A stretch of 64,000 nt of DNA from an uncultured Chitinophagaceae bacterium (GCA_964355925.1 CAYHFN010000010.1:19187-83186), one strand, 5' to 3'. Counted from the stretch's first letter, positions 17,621 through 27,251 are shown. Program-made: numbers and translations. Notes: generated by a model not told the origin, from the sequence alone.

Positions 17621-20494
17621 CTATTTCACTAAAAGTATCTTTTTAATTGAAATAAAATTTCCTGCCTGCATTCGGCAGAAATACATTCCTGACGGTATAT
17701 GTTCTCCGTTAAATTGTACAGAATATTCACCGGCAAGCTGTTGTCCGTTCACTAACATTGCAATCTCTTTCCCCAACAAATCATATAGTATTAAGGAAAC
17801 CTGTTGATCCGATGGAATTGTAAACCGAATTGTTGTCGTTGGATTGAACGGATTGGGATAATTTTGATACAAAGCAAACGTTTGCACAATTGCTCCAGTG
17901 TTCTGTACACTTGCTGTTGATGCAATGGAAAATATCGGACTAGTTGAAAGAATATTACTATCCAGAACAGAACTAATCTTAATCGTATAGATAGAATCGA
18001 TAGACAATCCTGTTGTTGGAACTTTCCAAATATACCGACCAGTATTTTCAGTACTGTCTTTGATCTTCAATGCTAATGTACCGTTCTTATATAATCTGAT
18101 ATTTACACGCTCGTCAAAATTATTTTCATATTTCAATTGATATGAACTGTTCAGTAAGAATTTTGCATTCAATGTTGGATAGAGAACAGAAATAAAAATG
18201 CCGCTTGTAGTGAATGCTCCTGTTGAAGACCACCCGCTTTTCCCTTGTTCATTGATCGCTTTTGAACGCCAATAATATTTTTTATTCAGTTCGTAACCGC
18301 TCCAAAGTTTATAGGATGAAGTCAGCATTGAATCGTTGAATACAATTGTTGAGAATGTTGAATCCTTCGCTATTTGCAAATGCGAGCCGGTGATGTGTCC
18401 ATCCGTACTCCAGCGGATCAGCACCGGTTTTGTCTGATTCACCAGTGCACTCATCAATGGGGAGACGATCTTCGGCTGCGCAGGATTTGTTATGGTCATC
18501 GGGATCCCGATAATGAATTCACCGAACTTCGTGGTAGTAACGGAGAGCGAACGTTTTGCCGCATTATAGACTGTCGTCAGCGGAATGAACATTCCGGATC
18601 CTTCAAATTCCCTGCCGTAGATGATCATATTGTTCACGTAGGGACTCGGCTGAATGATGGTGCTGTCGATGGTAATATCCGCAGTGAATGAAGTGATCCC
18701 GGACTGTTCGATGACGATCCTTCCGGAATACGTCATCGGAGCAAGTTCGGGGAATTCCATCTTTGCAGGAGAATATGCATACCGTTTTACCATTATAGCA
18801 TTATATCCGAACACTGCATCTGTCAATTTGATGGAGACACCTGTTCTGTTCGTATCTCCTTTGTTGAAAGAGTATTCATTCCCGGGAAGGATCTCTGCTA
18901 TCTGAACTTCGCCGGCAGGCTTCAATGGTGCGTTCCAAACATATTTCAGTGCACGGTAACTCGGCATCTTGTCCAGTGATTCCATTTCGAACAGGATCGA
19001 ATCTTTCGGACTCAGTTCGGTGATCATCGTTTTTCCCACACCGACAAAACTTGCTGAACCCCAGCCAATCACCGTGTTTCCGTTCGGCAAACGTTGCACG
19101 GAACCGCGTGTCGGCGCATACACTTCAGGCATATGATGATACTGCCACACCTGTGTCGCTGTCTTGTTCACCTGATCGATCTTATATTCGACGACGCGCG
19201 AGACCATCGGCACGTGGAGATTTCCATTGTCGAACATGAGAAAATTCCCGTTTGGGAGGCGTTTGAAACCGTGAGCGAAGGTAAAGTAGGCCGGTTTATT
19301 CGCTTCATTCTCTCCAAAGAACGTAAATTGATTGTTCTTTCCTCCCATTCTCCACATGAACTCTCCGGTCACACGGTTTACCTTCACGACCTCACACGTG
19401 TTGCGGAAAGCAAAAAGGAAATTCCCATCCGCATCCATATCATACGCATTCACATGGATGTAGTCGAACGCAGCAGCGGTCTGATTCATGTACGTTTCCG
19501 GGACGGCGATATGATCCCAGCTTCTCCATTGAAAAACAACATTCTTCTGCAGATCGAGTTCCTGAATGATGGAACCGACGATGATCGCATTAGCATTTCC
19601 GCCTGGAATGATCTTGCTGAGATCCATATACTGAATGTCGTACGCATGCAGCACTACATGGCCGTTTGCCAGCATCTGAAATTCATGCGTGTCGGCATCA
19701 TATCCGTTCCCCGCCCGGAAACTGTCCACCGCCGCAAATGAGGTGTCGACCACACGCTGCACGCAGCGGCTTCCGCCGGCATATCCCCAGTCGCTGAACG
19801 GATCTGCATAGGTCAGCAGTCCGTTCGGCTGCACTTTGAAATCATATACGTGTCCCGGTCTGCGCTGATATTTGATCACTTTTCCGGCATTGTCGATCAT
19901 ATAAAAAAAATGACCGACCCCCGCAACATCGTCGGATGTGGTCATGAAGAAATATCCCGGTGACGGGTCATTCACTTTTGTGACTGTGAATTTCGGAAAA
20001 TCGGCCGGGAGCGAATCAGCGGATGAAGACATCGGCTGGAGTTCCATATTCTTTGAAACAGGAGGTTCCGGCCTCTTCACAACATTTCCTTCTTCCGTCA
20101 CCATCAGCGAACGGTAGAGCGGCTCTGCCTGCGGGGTAACTGTAAAGGTGAATTCTTTTACTCCGACATATTTTCCGTTCAATTTCACCGTGACGATCTC
20201 GGACGGATCGAACGGAGTCTTCGCATGGAACAGTATCGTATGTCGGTCATCGGACAGCATGAGAGCACCAGGATGAACTCCTGAATGTGAGCCGGTCACA
20301 CGGACGGATGCCGACGCGAGAGCGGACGCATCCACAGGATCGACGCTGCGGAGTATGATATTCGTCTCGCGCGAATTGAATTGTGAATTCGGAACCGGAG
20401 AGATATAGGAAAGTGATTGCGCCATCATCTGCCTGGAACAGAGCATCGTTATGATGAGTAAATAGTGTAATGATCTCATGATTACTTCTTTCAT
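17621..20494 (-). CDS. Secreted arylsulfotransferase (ASST)-like beta-propeller protein with N-terminal Ig-like, C-terminal Fn3-like modules and T9SS CTD
   Basis: 957-aa ORF; the start may be the internal MRSLHY. ASST/Arylsulfotran_2-type blocks HEFQMLANGHVVLHAYD, FDYIHVNAYDMDADGNFLFAFRN, VVKVNRVTGEFMWRMGGKNNQFTF, HGFKRLPNGNFLMFDNGN and VQRLPNGNTVIGWG. CTD LYQNYPNPFNPTTTIRFTI...KKILLVK. Confidence 0.7.
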   Translation of the reverse strand: MKEVIMRSLHYLLIITMLCSRQMMAQSLSYISPVPNSQFNSRETNIILRSVDPVDASALASASVRVTGSHSGVHPGALMLSDDRHTILFHAKTPFDPSEIVTVKLNGKYVGVKEFTFTVTPQAEPLYRSLMVTEEGNVVKRPEPPVSKNMELQPMSSSADSLPADFPKFTVTKVNDPSPGYFFMTTSDDVAGVGHFFYMIDNAGKVIKYQRRPGHVYDFKVQPNGLLTYADPFSDWGYAGGSRCVQRVVDTSFAAVDSFRAGNGYDADTHEFQMLANGHVVLHAYDIQYMDLSKIIPGGNANAIIVGSIIQELDLQKNVVFQWRSWDHIAVPETYMNQTAAAFDYIHVNAYDMDADGNFLFAFRNTCEVVKVNRVTGEFMWRMGGKNNQFTFFGENEANKPAYFTFAHGFKRLPNGNFLMFDNGNLHVPMVSRVVEYKIDQVNKTATQVWQYHHMPEVYAPTRGSVQRLPNGNTVIGWGSASFVGVGKTMITELSPKDSILFEMESLDKMPSYRALKYVWNAPLKPAGEVQIAEILPGNEYSFNKGDTNRTGVSIKLTDAVFGYNAIMVKRYAYSPAKMEFPELAPMTYSGRIVIEQSGITSFTADITIDSTIIQPSPYVNNMIIYGREFEGSGMFIPLTTVYNAAKRSLSVTTTKFGEFIIGIPMTITNPAQPKIVSPLMSALVNQTKPVLIRWSTDGHITGSHLQIAKDSTFSTIVFNDSMLTSSYKLWSGYELNKKYYWRSKAINEQGKSGWSSTGAFTTSGIFISVLYPTLNAKFLLNSSYQLKYENNFDERVNIRLYKNGTLALKIKDSTENTGRYIWKVPTTGLSIDSIYTIKISSVLDSNILSTSPIFSIASTASVQNTGAIVQTFALYQNYPNPFNPTTTIRFTIPSDQQVSLILYDLLGKEIAMLVNGQQLAGEYSVQFNGEHIPSGMYFCRMQAGNFISIKKILLVK

Positions 20495-22656
20495 TATTTA
20501 AGAACGACCATCCGTTTTGTTGAAGAGAACGTACCGGCCGTGAGGGTGTAGAAATAGATACCGCTTGGTACCTGGTGCTGTATCAGTGAAAATGGAACGC
20601 GATACGTTCCAGATATTTGGTATTGATCGACAAGCTGAACGATCTCTCTTCCGAGAAGGTCATGAATTCTCAATGAAACATTACTGTTTTCGGCAAGGGT
20701 ATAGAAAATGACTGTTTTCGGATTAAATGGATTTGGAAAGTTCTGCAAAAGCGAAAATTCATTTGGTGATTTATCCAAAGTATTTTTTATCGATGCTGCA
20801 ATAATTTGTTTTACGGATACATTATCGATCAGTACATCAATGTCCGATAATCCGCAATTGAATGCGATACGAGCATTATTATCAGATGCATCTTGCATTG
20901 TGAAATCGAATAAAAAGTGTTTTTTCAATGTTGTGAGTGCTATAGAACCGGTTTTACTATAATTGGTGTTTGGCGCTGCAATCATCACAACTTTCGGATC
21001 GATGGGCCGGCTCGCTGCTGCATACGCATCGAATTCAAATCGATATTTCAATCCATTGATCAGCGGAATTCCATCTTGTGACAACTGCACATGCCACGCT
21101 TGAGTGCCGCCATTCCCGATCTGCGCAAGGAATTCTCCGGTACCGCTTACGTACGGTGCACCAACAGCAGGTGATGTAATGGCATAGTTCCATGACGATG
21201 TTCCGCCAGAAAAATCCCCATTGATGACAAGGTTTTCTCCCGGTGCAAAAAATTTGATAATAGTATTTTCTTCGTTTGAAAAAGGACTTTCATTTCCGAA
21301 ACCGTCCTTTGCCGTAACACGAAAATAATACCGCTTTCCATTTTTGAATCCTGTAAGATCGACTGCCGATAACGAAGTCGAATCGATCACATGGGTTGGA
21401 TTCATAACAGTATCGCAATAGAGTATGAAATTATGGTTTGGAGCTTGATCGAACTTGTTGATGAGCAATGTGATCTTATCAATTCCGGATTCAAGGTTAA
21501 GCATTGGGGCTTTTGCTTTTCCTTTCCATGGGAAACGAAACACTCTATAACTATGAGCACTTTTTACAAAATCCAGTTCCATAACTTTTACGCCGGCGGG
21601 TGTCACTTCTGTCAATTTCGGTAATGACCCGTCAGCCCAATTGATCAGTGTATTGCCATTCGGAAGCCGCTGAACATTTCCCATCCACCATGTGTATCGG
21701 TCAGGAACATTGCGATATTGCCAGACGAGTGTTGCAGTCATTGCAATTGTATCTAACACGTACTCAACGGCACGGGAGAACGACGGAACATGAAAATTTC
21801 CATTGTCCATCATTGTATAATGACCATTTCCTAAAGCGCGTACGTCGTGCTGGTACGATGTACCATTGTACGGATCATTGATAAATGTGAATTGATTATG
21901 CTTCCCGCCGAGTCTCCACATAATGGCTCCGGTCTTACGATTGATCTTTGTGATCTCCGAAAGATGGCGGCTCGAAATGACAATGTTACTGTCACTGTCT
22001 ACTGAAATTGCATTCATGTGAATATAATCGATCGATTGCGCAGTCAGGTTTTCATGAACCGCATCGATTATATCAAGATTGTCCCAGCATTTCCATTCAA
22101 ATACAATGGCTCCGCTTGGATTGATTTCCTGTATATTATTTCCGATTACCGTTGCGTTTGTTTTCCCACCGGTCACAAGTTTACTCATATCAATTGTTTT
22201 GTATTCGAGTGCAATCAGCAAAACATTTCCATTAGGAAGTATTTGTAATTCGTGCTCATCAGTTCCAAATCCATTCTTTGCCGTAATCTCTCGTGTAACA
22301 CTGTAGGATGAATCCATTTCGTAAAAACGGTAATACGGATCGGCAAGACGATACGACAACATTCCATTTGGTTGTAATTTAAAGTCACGCGCATTGGCAA
22401 GCATTTTTCTATAAAAAACCGGTGAGCCGTTGTTATCAAGAATTGCAATGTACGGCGCCCCCCCCCAGTTGTTAATGAAAATGAAACCTGAGTCAGGATT
22501 GTTCTTTACAGTGATCTTCACATGAGGATAATCAGAAGGAACTGAAACACCATTAGGAAAAACAAATGCAGTTGTTGAAGGTTTTAGTGTGATCGATTGT
22601 GAACTAAGAATCGAACAACATAATATTGTCAGTAATAATATTGGTAGATTTTTCAT
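20494..22656 (-). CDS. Second secreted ASST-like beta-propeller paralogue with Fn3/CBM-like modules and T9SS CTD
   Basis: 720-aa ORF with a signal peptide. Same propeller blocks as the neighbour: HELQILPNGNVLLIALE, IDYIHMNAISVDSDSNIVISSRH, ITKINRKTGAIMWRLGGKHNQFTF, HDVRALGNGHYTMMDNGN and VQRLPNGNTLINWA. CBM4_9-like NGDFSGGTSSWNY. CTD LLQNFPNPFNPKTVIFYTL...KRMVVLK. The stop shares 1 nt with the ATG of the downstream paralogue. Confidence 0.7.
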   Translation of the reverse strand: MKNLPILLLTILCCSILSSQSITLKPSTTAFVFPNGVSVPSDYPHVKITVKNNPDSGFIFINNWGGAPYIAILDNNGSPVFYRKMLANARDFKLQPNGMLSYRLADPYYRFYEMDSSYSVTREITAKNGFGTDEHELQILPNGNVLLIALEYKTIDMSKLVTGGKTNATVIGNNIQEINPSGAIVFEWKCWDNLDIIDAVHENLTAQSIDYIHMNAISVDSDSNIVISSRHLSEITKINRKTGAIMWRLGGKHNQFTFINDPYNGTSYQHDVRALGNGHYTMMDNGNFHVPSFSRAVEYVLDTIAMTATLVWQYRNVPDRYTWWMGNVQRLPNGNTLINWADGSLPKLTEVTPAGVKVMELDFVKSAHSYRVFRFPWKGKAKAPMLNLESGIDKITLLINKFDQAPNHNFILYCDTVMNPTHVIDSTSLSAVDLTGFKNGKRYYFRVTAKDGFGNESPFSNEENTIIKFFAPGENLVINGDFSGGTSSWNYAITSPAVGAPYVSGTGEFLAQIGNGGTQAWHVQLSQDGIPLINGLKYRFEFDAYAAASRPIDPKVVMIAAPNTNYSKTGSIALTTLKKHFLFDFTMQDASDNNARIAFNCGLSDIDVLIDNVSVKQIIAASIKNTLDKSPNEFSLLQNFPNPFNPKTVIFYTLAENSNVSLRIHDLLGREIVQLVDQYQISGTYRVPFSLIQHQVPSGIYFYTLTAGTFSSTKRMVVLK
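22458..22466 (-). repeat. Homopolymeric G9 tract (C9 on plus strand) inside the ASST-like paralogue 2 coding sequence
   Basis: Plus strand reads gcg ccccccccc agt. Minus strand reads AAC AAC TGG GGG GGG GCG CCG, encoding NNWGGAP (about aa 64-66). It is the longest G/C homopolymer I saw in this AT-rich window. Confidence 0.9.
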
Positions 22657-22713
22657 GAAATAATTGAAACATCGGTTAGTCGTTTTACTAAGTTTTAAAT
22701 TTCTGTTAATTAA

Positions 22714-24279
22714 TTATTCTACTATAAATTTTTGCGTACCCTGTTTCATCTGTATTGTTTTCTTTTCTCGTCCGTCAACTGACACGTTCAGTTCAAACGG
22801 TTTATTGGCAATTACATGAATCTCCGCCGAACTTCCGACACTGATCCGCTTCTGACAGATTAGCGTTGCGGTGATATCGCCAAACTTTAATCGTTCAATT
22901 CCATGCCTATCTATTCTATTAATATTCCAAATCAATTTGTTGTTAGCTCCATCGGGATGTAAACCGATCACATTTTCGAGCAATAACTCTATCGGTCCGC
23001 AGCCCGTCCATCCAACAAAATCTTTTTGCGATGGATTTCCCCGCATCATCAGATCAGGGGAATAATTCTCCCACAACGTACCGGTCTTTTTGTATACAAC
23101 ACACAAGCCGTCCAGATATTTTTCTGCGGCGACAGATGCAAATTCGTTGAAAGAATAATCGGTCTGATTATCGCTTTCGCGACCGAACTTCTCCAATCCT
23201 TTTATGATCATCACATTGGTCGGAGCCCAGACGCCGCCGAGCCAATATTGTCCATCAGGTTTATACTCTTTTTCATCTGCAGCGAGTGACGGGAATGGAA
23301 TTGAACGCCAGAACGATTGAGGATCTTTTAGATGTGCCAGAAGCTGTTTTGCCTGTTTTGCATCTGCGATGCCGGCAAGCATTGGCCAGAATCCTGCAAC
23401 GCATTTCAATTTTTGTTGTACACCATTGTCATCAACATTATAGTAGAATCCATCCTGTTCATTCCACATCAATTGATTGATCCGATGAGAGATATCATTT
23501 GCTGCTGTTTCATATTTTTTTGACTCACCGTTCTGCTTCACTTCCGCACACATAAACGCAAGGTTGCGATAAAACAACACCATCTGCGAAGACATATCAA
23601 CCCAGCCCGATCCTTGCAGCGGCAAATTATCCATTCCCGAGCCGAGTCCGGTATTCCAATACAATCCATGGTTCGTATTCTTTTTTTTGCGATTCTTCTC
23701 CAGCCATTCAGCATATTTTTTAAGAACCGGAAGAACCGATTCAAAACGAGATTTGTCTCCGGTGACTTTGTATGATTCGACTTCCGCCCATGCAAACAAT
23801 GGAGGATTCACGGTATGTTCTCGTCCGACAAAAACATAATCTTTACCATCTGCTTCTTGAATTTCGCGGCAGATGTATCCATTTTCATATTGCCGAGAAT
23901 AAAAATTATCGAGCGATTGGATCGCAGGAAAGATCGAATGTCCGTAACGGGCAAACATCAGCATAAAGATAGTGTCCCATTGAAAAACGCTGGGAGAGAA
24001 TGCCTCATCGATATAATTAGAGACGAACGGCGAACCAAGAGGCGGTTTTTTGAAATGATCGAATGCCAGTGCCCAAGCCTTCCAATACAATTCTAAATAT
24101 TCGGGATTATTTTCAAGGATGGGTGACGGTAGGTCTGCGCGATGATCTTTGAACAATGGAATGGACGAATCTATATATTGTTTTTTGGAAAAGTAAACAC
24201 CTCGTTTTCCGGTATCTTCATATTGAGCAAATGAATACTGAGAGAACGATAACAATATTAATAATACTATTCTTTTCAT
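22714..24279 (-). CDS. Secreted (alpha/alpha)6-barrel glycoside hydrolase, GH63 / trehalase (GH37)-like
   Basis: 521-aa ORF with signal peptide MKRIVLLILLSFSQYSFAQ. Blocks WDTIFMLMFARYGH, NPPLFAWAE, GLGSGMDNLP, FWPMLAGIA, YWLGGVWAPTNVMIIKGL and LWENYSPD resemble six-hairpin glycosidases. The exact family was not determined. Confidence 0.55.
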   Translation of the reverse strand: MKRIVLLILLSFSQYSFAQYEDTGKRGVYFSKKQYIDSSIPLFKDHRADLPSPILENNPEYLELYWKAWALAFDHFKKPPLGSPFVSNYIDEAFSPSVFQWDTIFMLMFARYGHSIFPAIQSLDNFYSRQYENGYICREIQEADGKDYVFVGREHTVNPPLFAWAEVESYKVTGDKSRFESVLPVLKKYAEWLEKNRKKKNTNHGLYWNTGLGSGMDNLPLQGSGWVDMSSQMVLFYRNLAFMCAEVKQNGESKKYETAANDISHRINQLMWNEQDGFYYNVDDNGVQQKLKCVAGFWPMLAGIADAKQAKQLLAHLKDPQSFWRSIPFPSLAADEKEYKPDGQYWLGGVWAPTNVMIIKGLEKFGRESDNQTDYSFNEFASVAAEKYLDGLCVVYKKTGTLWENYSPDLMMRGNPSQKDFVGWTGCGPIELLLENVIGLHPDGANNKLIWNINRIDRHGIERLKFGDITATLICQKRISVGSSAEIHVIANKPFELNVSVDGREKKTIQMKQGTQKFIVE

Positions 24280-25508
24280 TTTTTCTTTGGATCGATTCGT
24301 AATCCCAATGCTTTCATATATCCATCATTCACTATACAATTCGCAAATTTACAGTTCTCCAGATAATCGGCAAATGCTTTATAGACCACTTCCGGAGCCG
24401 GTTTGGCATCGCGGAATTCCTTATACGATGTTCTTGGCTTGTTGACATACGTTATGATCGAATCCCATTCCGCAGTTCGCCTAATTGAAACCATATTGCT
24501 CGGAGCATCCATTTTTTTGTACGGCCAGAAGCACCATCCGAAATTATTCTTCTCATTCAGCCTGCGCCACGAATCGATCCATTGATCGGTATTTTCGCCG
24601 GATTCTCCCATCCAGATAGGAACATTATACTTCTTTGCGAAGTCTGCATATTCTTGAACCATTTCCTGTGTCGTATCACACCAATATTTGTGGTACGTGT
24701 ACACTATTTTTTTATCGAACGGTGCACCGAACACTTTAAAATTATTGTTCCATTGTGCGCCACCTAAAAACATAATGTGGTTTGCATCAACTTCTCGAAC
24801 GGCTGCAACGATCCTTTTATAGAGCGGTTCAAGTTTATCGTTGAAGTGCGATGCATCAAAATATGTAGCGATAGGCTCATTAAGAAAATCATATCCGATC
24901 ACAATTGTTTCGTTTGCATACCGCTTTGCAATTTCCCTCCACAGATCAACAGTGAGCTGCTGCGCTTCCGGACTTTCAAATAAAAAGGGATATCCAAAAC
25001 TGTCATCGATATTATCGCCTGTTTGTCCTCCGGGGGCGCAATGCATATCCAAAATAACATAAAGATTTTCTTCTTTGCTCCATTTGATCACACGATCAAG
25101 CATTTCAAACCCCGGACCGGTAAATCGAGTTTCATGATCTTCTGAAACAAACAATCGATAATTGAATGGGACTCTGATAGAATTCAATCCGCTCTTTTTA
25201 ATGAACGCGATGTCTTCCTTGGTAATATAATTATCGCGGTATAGTTTCCAGAATTTTTTTGCCGCATCTGGTCCCAACAGCTGATTGAATGCTTCGTTGA
25301 TACGATGAGGAGAATTGGTGTTTGTGAATTTGAACATGTATCCTTCCGGTACGAGCCAATTTCCCAGATTGATACCACGAAGCAGGATCGGTTTTCCATC
25401 AGGAGTGACAATATTTTTTCCATCTGTCGTTACAAACGAAGATTGCTGAGAATACATAACCGAAGCAATGATAAGGAAAAAACAAAATTTTAAAATGTTT
25501 TTTTTCAT
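24276..25508 (-). CDS. GH5 beta-glucanase (single-domain, secreted)
   Basis: 410-aa ORF with a signal peptide. Blocks ILLRGINLGNWLVPEGYMF, YDFLNEP (acid/base) and WMGESGENTD (nucleophile). It is a paralogue of the catalytic domain of 11016-13007. ATGA overlaps occur at both ends. Confidence 0.85.
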   Translation of the reverse strand: MKKNILKFCFFLIIASVMYSQQSSFVTTDGKNIVTPDGKPILLRGINLGNWLVPEGYMFKFTNTNSPHRINEAFNQLLGPDAAKKFWKLYRDNYITKEDIAFIKKSGLNSIRVPFNYRLFVSEDHETRFTGPGFEMLDRVIKWSKEENLYVILDMHCAPGGQTGDNIDDSFGYPFLFESPEAQQLTVDLWREIAKRYANETIVIGYDFLNEPIATYFDASHFNDKLEPLYKRIVAAVREVDANHIMFLGGAQWNNNFKVFGAPFDKKIVYTYHKYWCDTTQEMVQEYADFAKKYNVPIWMGESGENTDQWIDSWRRLNEKNNFGWCFWPYKKMDAPSNMVSIRRTAEWDSIITYVNKPRTSYKEFRDAKPAPEVVYKAFADYLENCKFANCIVNDGYMKALGLRIDPKKK

Positions 25509-26332
25509 TGATTTACCTTTTTATACACACGAACATAATCAACAGCCATACGCTGTGGGAAAATTGTGAATGCATCAGGACTTCCGGGCCAATTACCCCC
25601 AACGGCTACATTAAGAAGTATGTGGAAACGTCGATCGAAAGGAGAAGTAGCATTCGCTGCAAAGTAGAGAGTTCCGTCAACATACCACGCCATACTGATC
25701 GAATCCCACACGGTAGTAAACGTATGAAAATCTCCCGCAAATGTTCCGCTTGATAATTTGTACGACCCGCCTTTTTGCAGATGGGGCTGAGTATCGGAAG
25801 CGTAATGGATTGTGCCGTAGACTTTATTTGTTTCGTGACCAAGCAGTTCCATAATATCGATCTCTCCGCTGGCTGGCCACCCGCCGTATTCCCAATCTGT
25901 CGGAAGCATCCATATCGCCGGCCAGATTCCCTGACCGTACGGAAGTTTGGCACGGACATCAAATCGTCCGTACAGCCAGTCTCCCTTGTTCGCAGTTCTC
26001 ATTCGAGCAGATGTGTACAATTTCCCGGAATAACTTTCTTGACGGGCTTCAATTACCAATTTCCCGCTGTCGATATATGAATTTTCAGGACGGGCAGTAT
26101 AGTACTGAAGTTCATTATTCCCACCACCGCTGCCGTTCACTTCATATCCCCATTTTTTCAAATCGACTGCAGTTCCATTGAACTCATCATTCCATACCAA
26201 CGTCCAGCCTGGTATAGATGGAATTGAATCTTGAGGTTTTACAACAGGTTGAACTATTTCAGTTGAATCTTTCTTTGAACAAGAGACAAAAAGAATGCAT
26301 AAAAAACAAAATATTGATAACGATTTATTCAT
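25505..26332 (-). CDS. GH16 laminarinase-type beta-1,3-glucanase, lipoprotein
   Basis: 275-aa ORF with lipobox LFVSC. Blocks WNDEFNG, GGGNNELQYYT and GH16 catalytic motif GWPASGEIDIMELLG. Confidence 0.9.
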   Translation of the reverse strand: MNKSLSIFCFLCILFVSCSKKDSTEIVQPVVKPQDSIPSIPGWTLVWNDEFNGTAVDLKKWGYEVNGSGGGNNELQYYTARPENSYIDSGKLVIEARQESYSGKLYTSARMRTANKGDWLYGRFDVRAKLPYGQGIWPAIWMLPTDWEYGGWPASGEIDIMELLGHETNKVYGTIHYASDTQPHLQKGGSYKLSSGTFAGDFHTFTTVWDSISMAWYVDGTLYFAANATSPFDRRFHILLNVAVGGNWPGSPDAFTIFPQRMAVDYVRVYKKVNQ

Positions 26333-26381
26333 AAAATTATTTTCTCATATCATTCACATTACTGCAACGGCACAATGACAT

Positions 26382-27251
26382 TTATTCGGTTTTTCTATAC
26401 GCTCGCACATAGTCGATTTCCATTCGTTGAGGGAAGATGGAATTGTCGATTCCCTGTGCACCACCCCAATCTCCGCCAATTGCAAGATTTAAAATGAAAT
26501 GGAATCGTTTATCAAACGGCCACGCTTCCCATCCCGTTCCATCGTTGGTAGAAGTAAAATACTTCACACCATCCACAAAAAAATCGATCCGGTCCGAATA
26601 CCAGTCGATCGCGTAGATATGAAATTGTGTAGAGACATTAGCAATGGTAACAGTTCCGGACTTCTGCGTATTGATCTTGAAATAATATTTTTTTGAGTGT
26701 GTGGAACCATGAATCACATTTTGATTGTACCCAACATGCTCCATGATGTCGATCTCGCCGCTTTCAGGCCATCCGCCGTATTCCCAGTCTGACGGAAGCA
26801 TCCAGATCGCCGGCCAGGTTCCTTTGCCAAACGGAAGTTTTGCACGAATCTCAAAATGGCCGTACGTCCAGTCACCCTTGAATTTCGATCTCAATCGGGC
26901 AGACGTATATGGTTTCCCGAAGTATGTTTCTTTCCGTGCTTCGATCACCAATTTGCCGCTGTCAATTCGAGCATTTTGCCGGCGAGCGGTATAGTATTGT
27001 TGTTCATTATTTCCGCCTCCATCACCATTTACTTCAAATTCCCATTTCTTTTGATCGATCATTGAATCGCTGAACTCGTCATTCCAGACCAATGTCCATC
27101 CTGCAACAGGTGGAATCGTATCAAGCACTATTGGAATAGTATCTTTGGATTGAGGTTGAGCTTGTACTATTTCAGATGATTCCGATGTTTTGCATGCAGT
27201 GAATGAAAAACAAAAAACGATGAAACTAAATATCGAAAGAAAATTTATCAT
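26382..27251 (-). CDS. GH16 laminarinase-type beta-1,3-glucanase, lipoprotein (tandem paralogue)
   Basis: 289-aa ORF with lipobox SFTAC. Blocks WNDEFSD, GGGNNEQQYYT and GWPESGEIDIMEHVG. Confidence 0.9.
   Translation of the reverse strand: MINFLSIFSFIVFCFSFTACKTSESSEIVQAQPQSKDTIPIVLDTIPPVAGWTLVWNDEFSDSMIDQKKWEFEVNGDGGGNNEQQYYTARRQNARIDSGKLVIEARKETYFGKPYTSARLRSKFKGDWTYGHFEIRAKLPFGKGTWPAIWMLPSDWEYGGWPESGEIDIMEHVGYNQNVIHGSTHSKKYYFKINTQKSGTVTIANVSTQFHIYAIDWYSDRIDFFVDGVKYFTSTNDGTGWEAWPFDKRFHFILNLAIGGDWGGAQGIDNSIFPQRMEIDYVRAYRKTE

Noticed and set aside
19094-19741. 215-aa plus-strand ORF
   Set aside because: It is antisense inside the ASST-like gene, with no recognisable motif or signal. The same applies to the other internal ORFs at 12056-12568, 12516-12953, 15344-15754, 31795-32229, 37568-37987 and 40277-40666.
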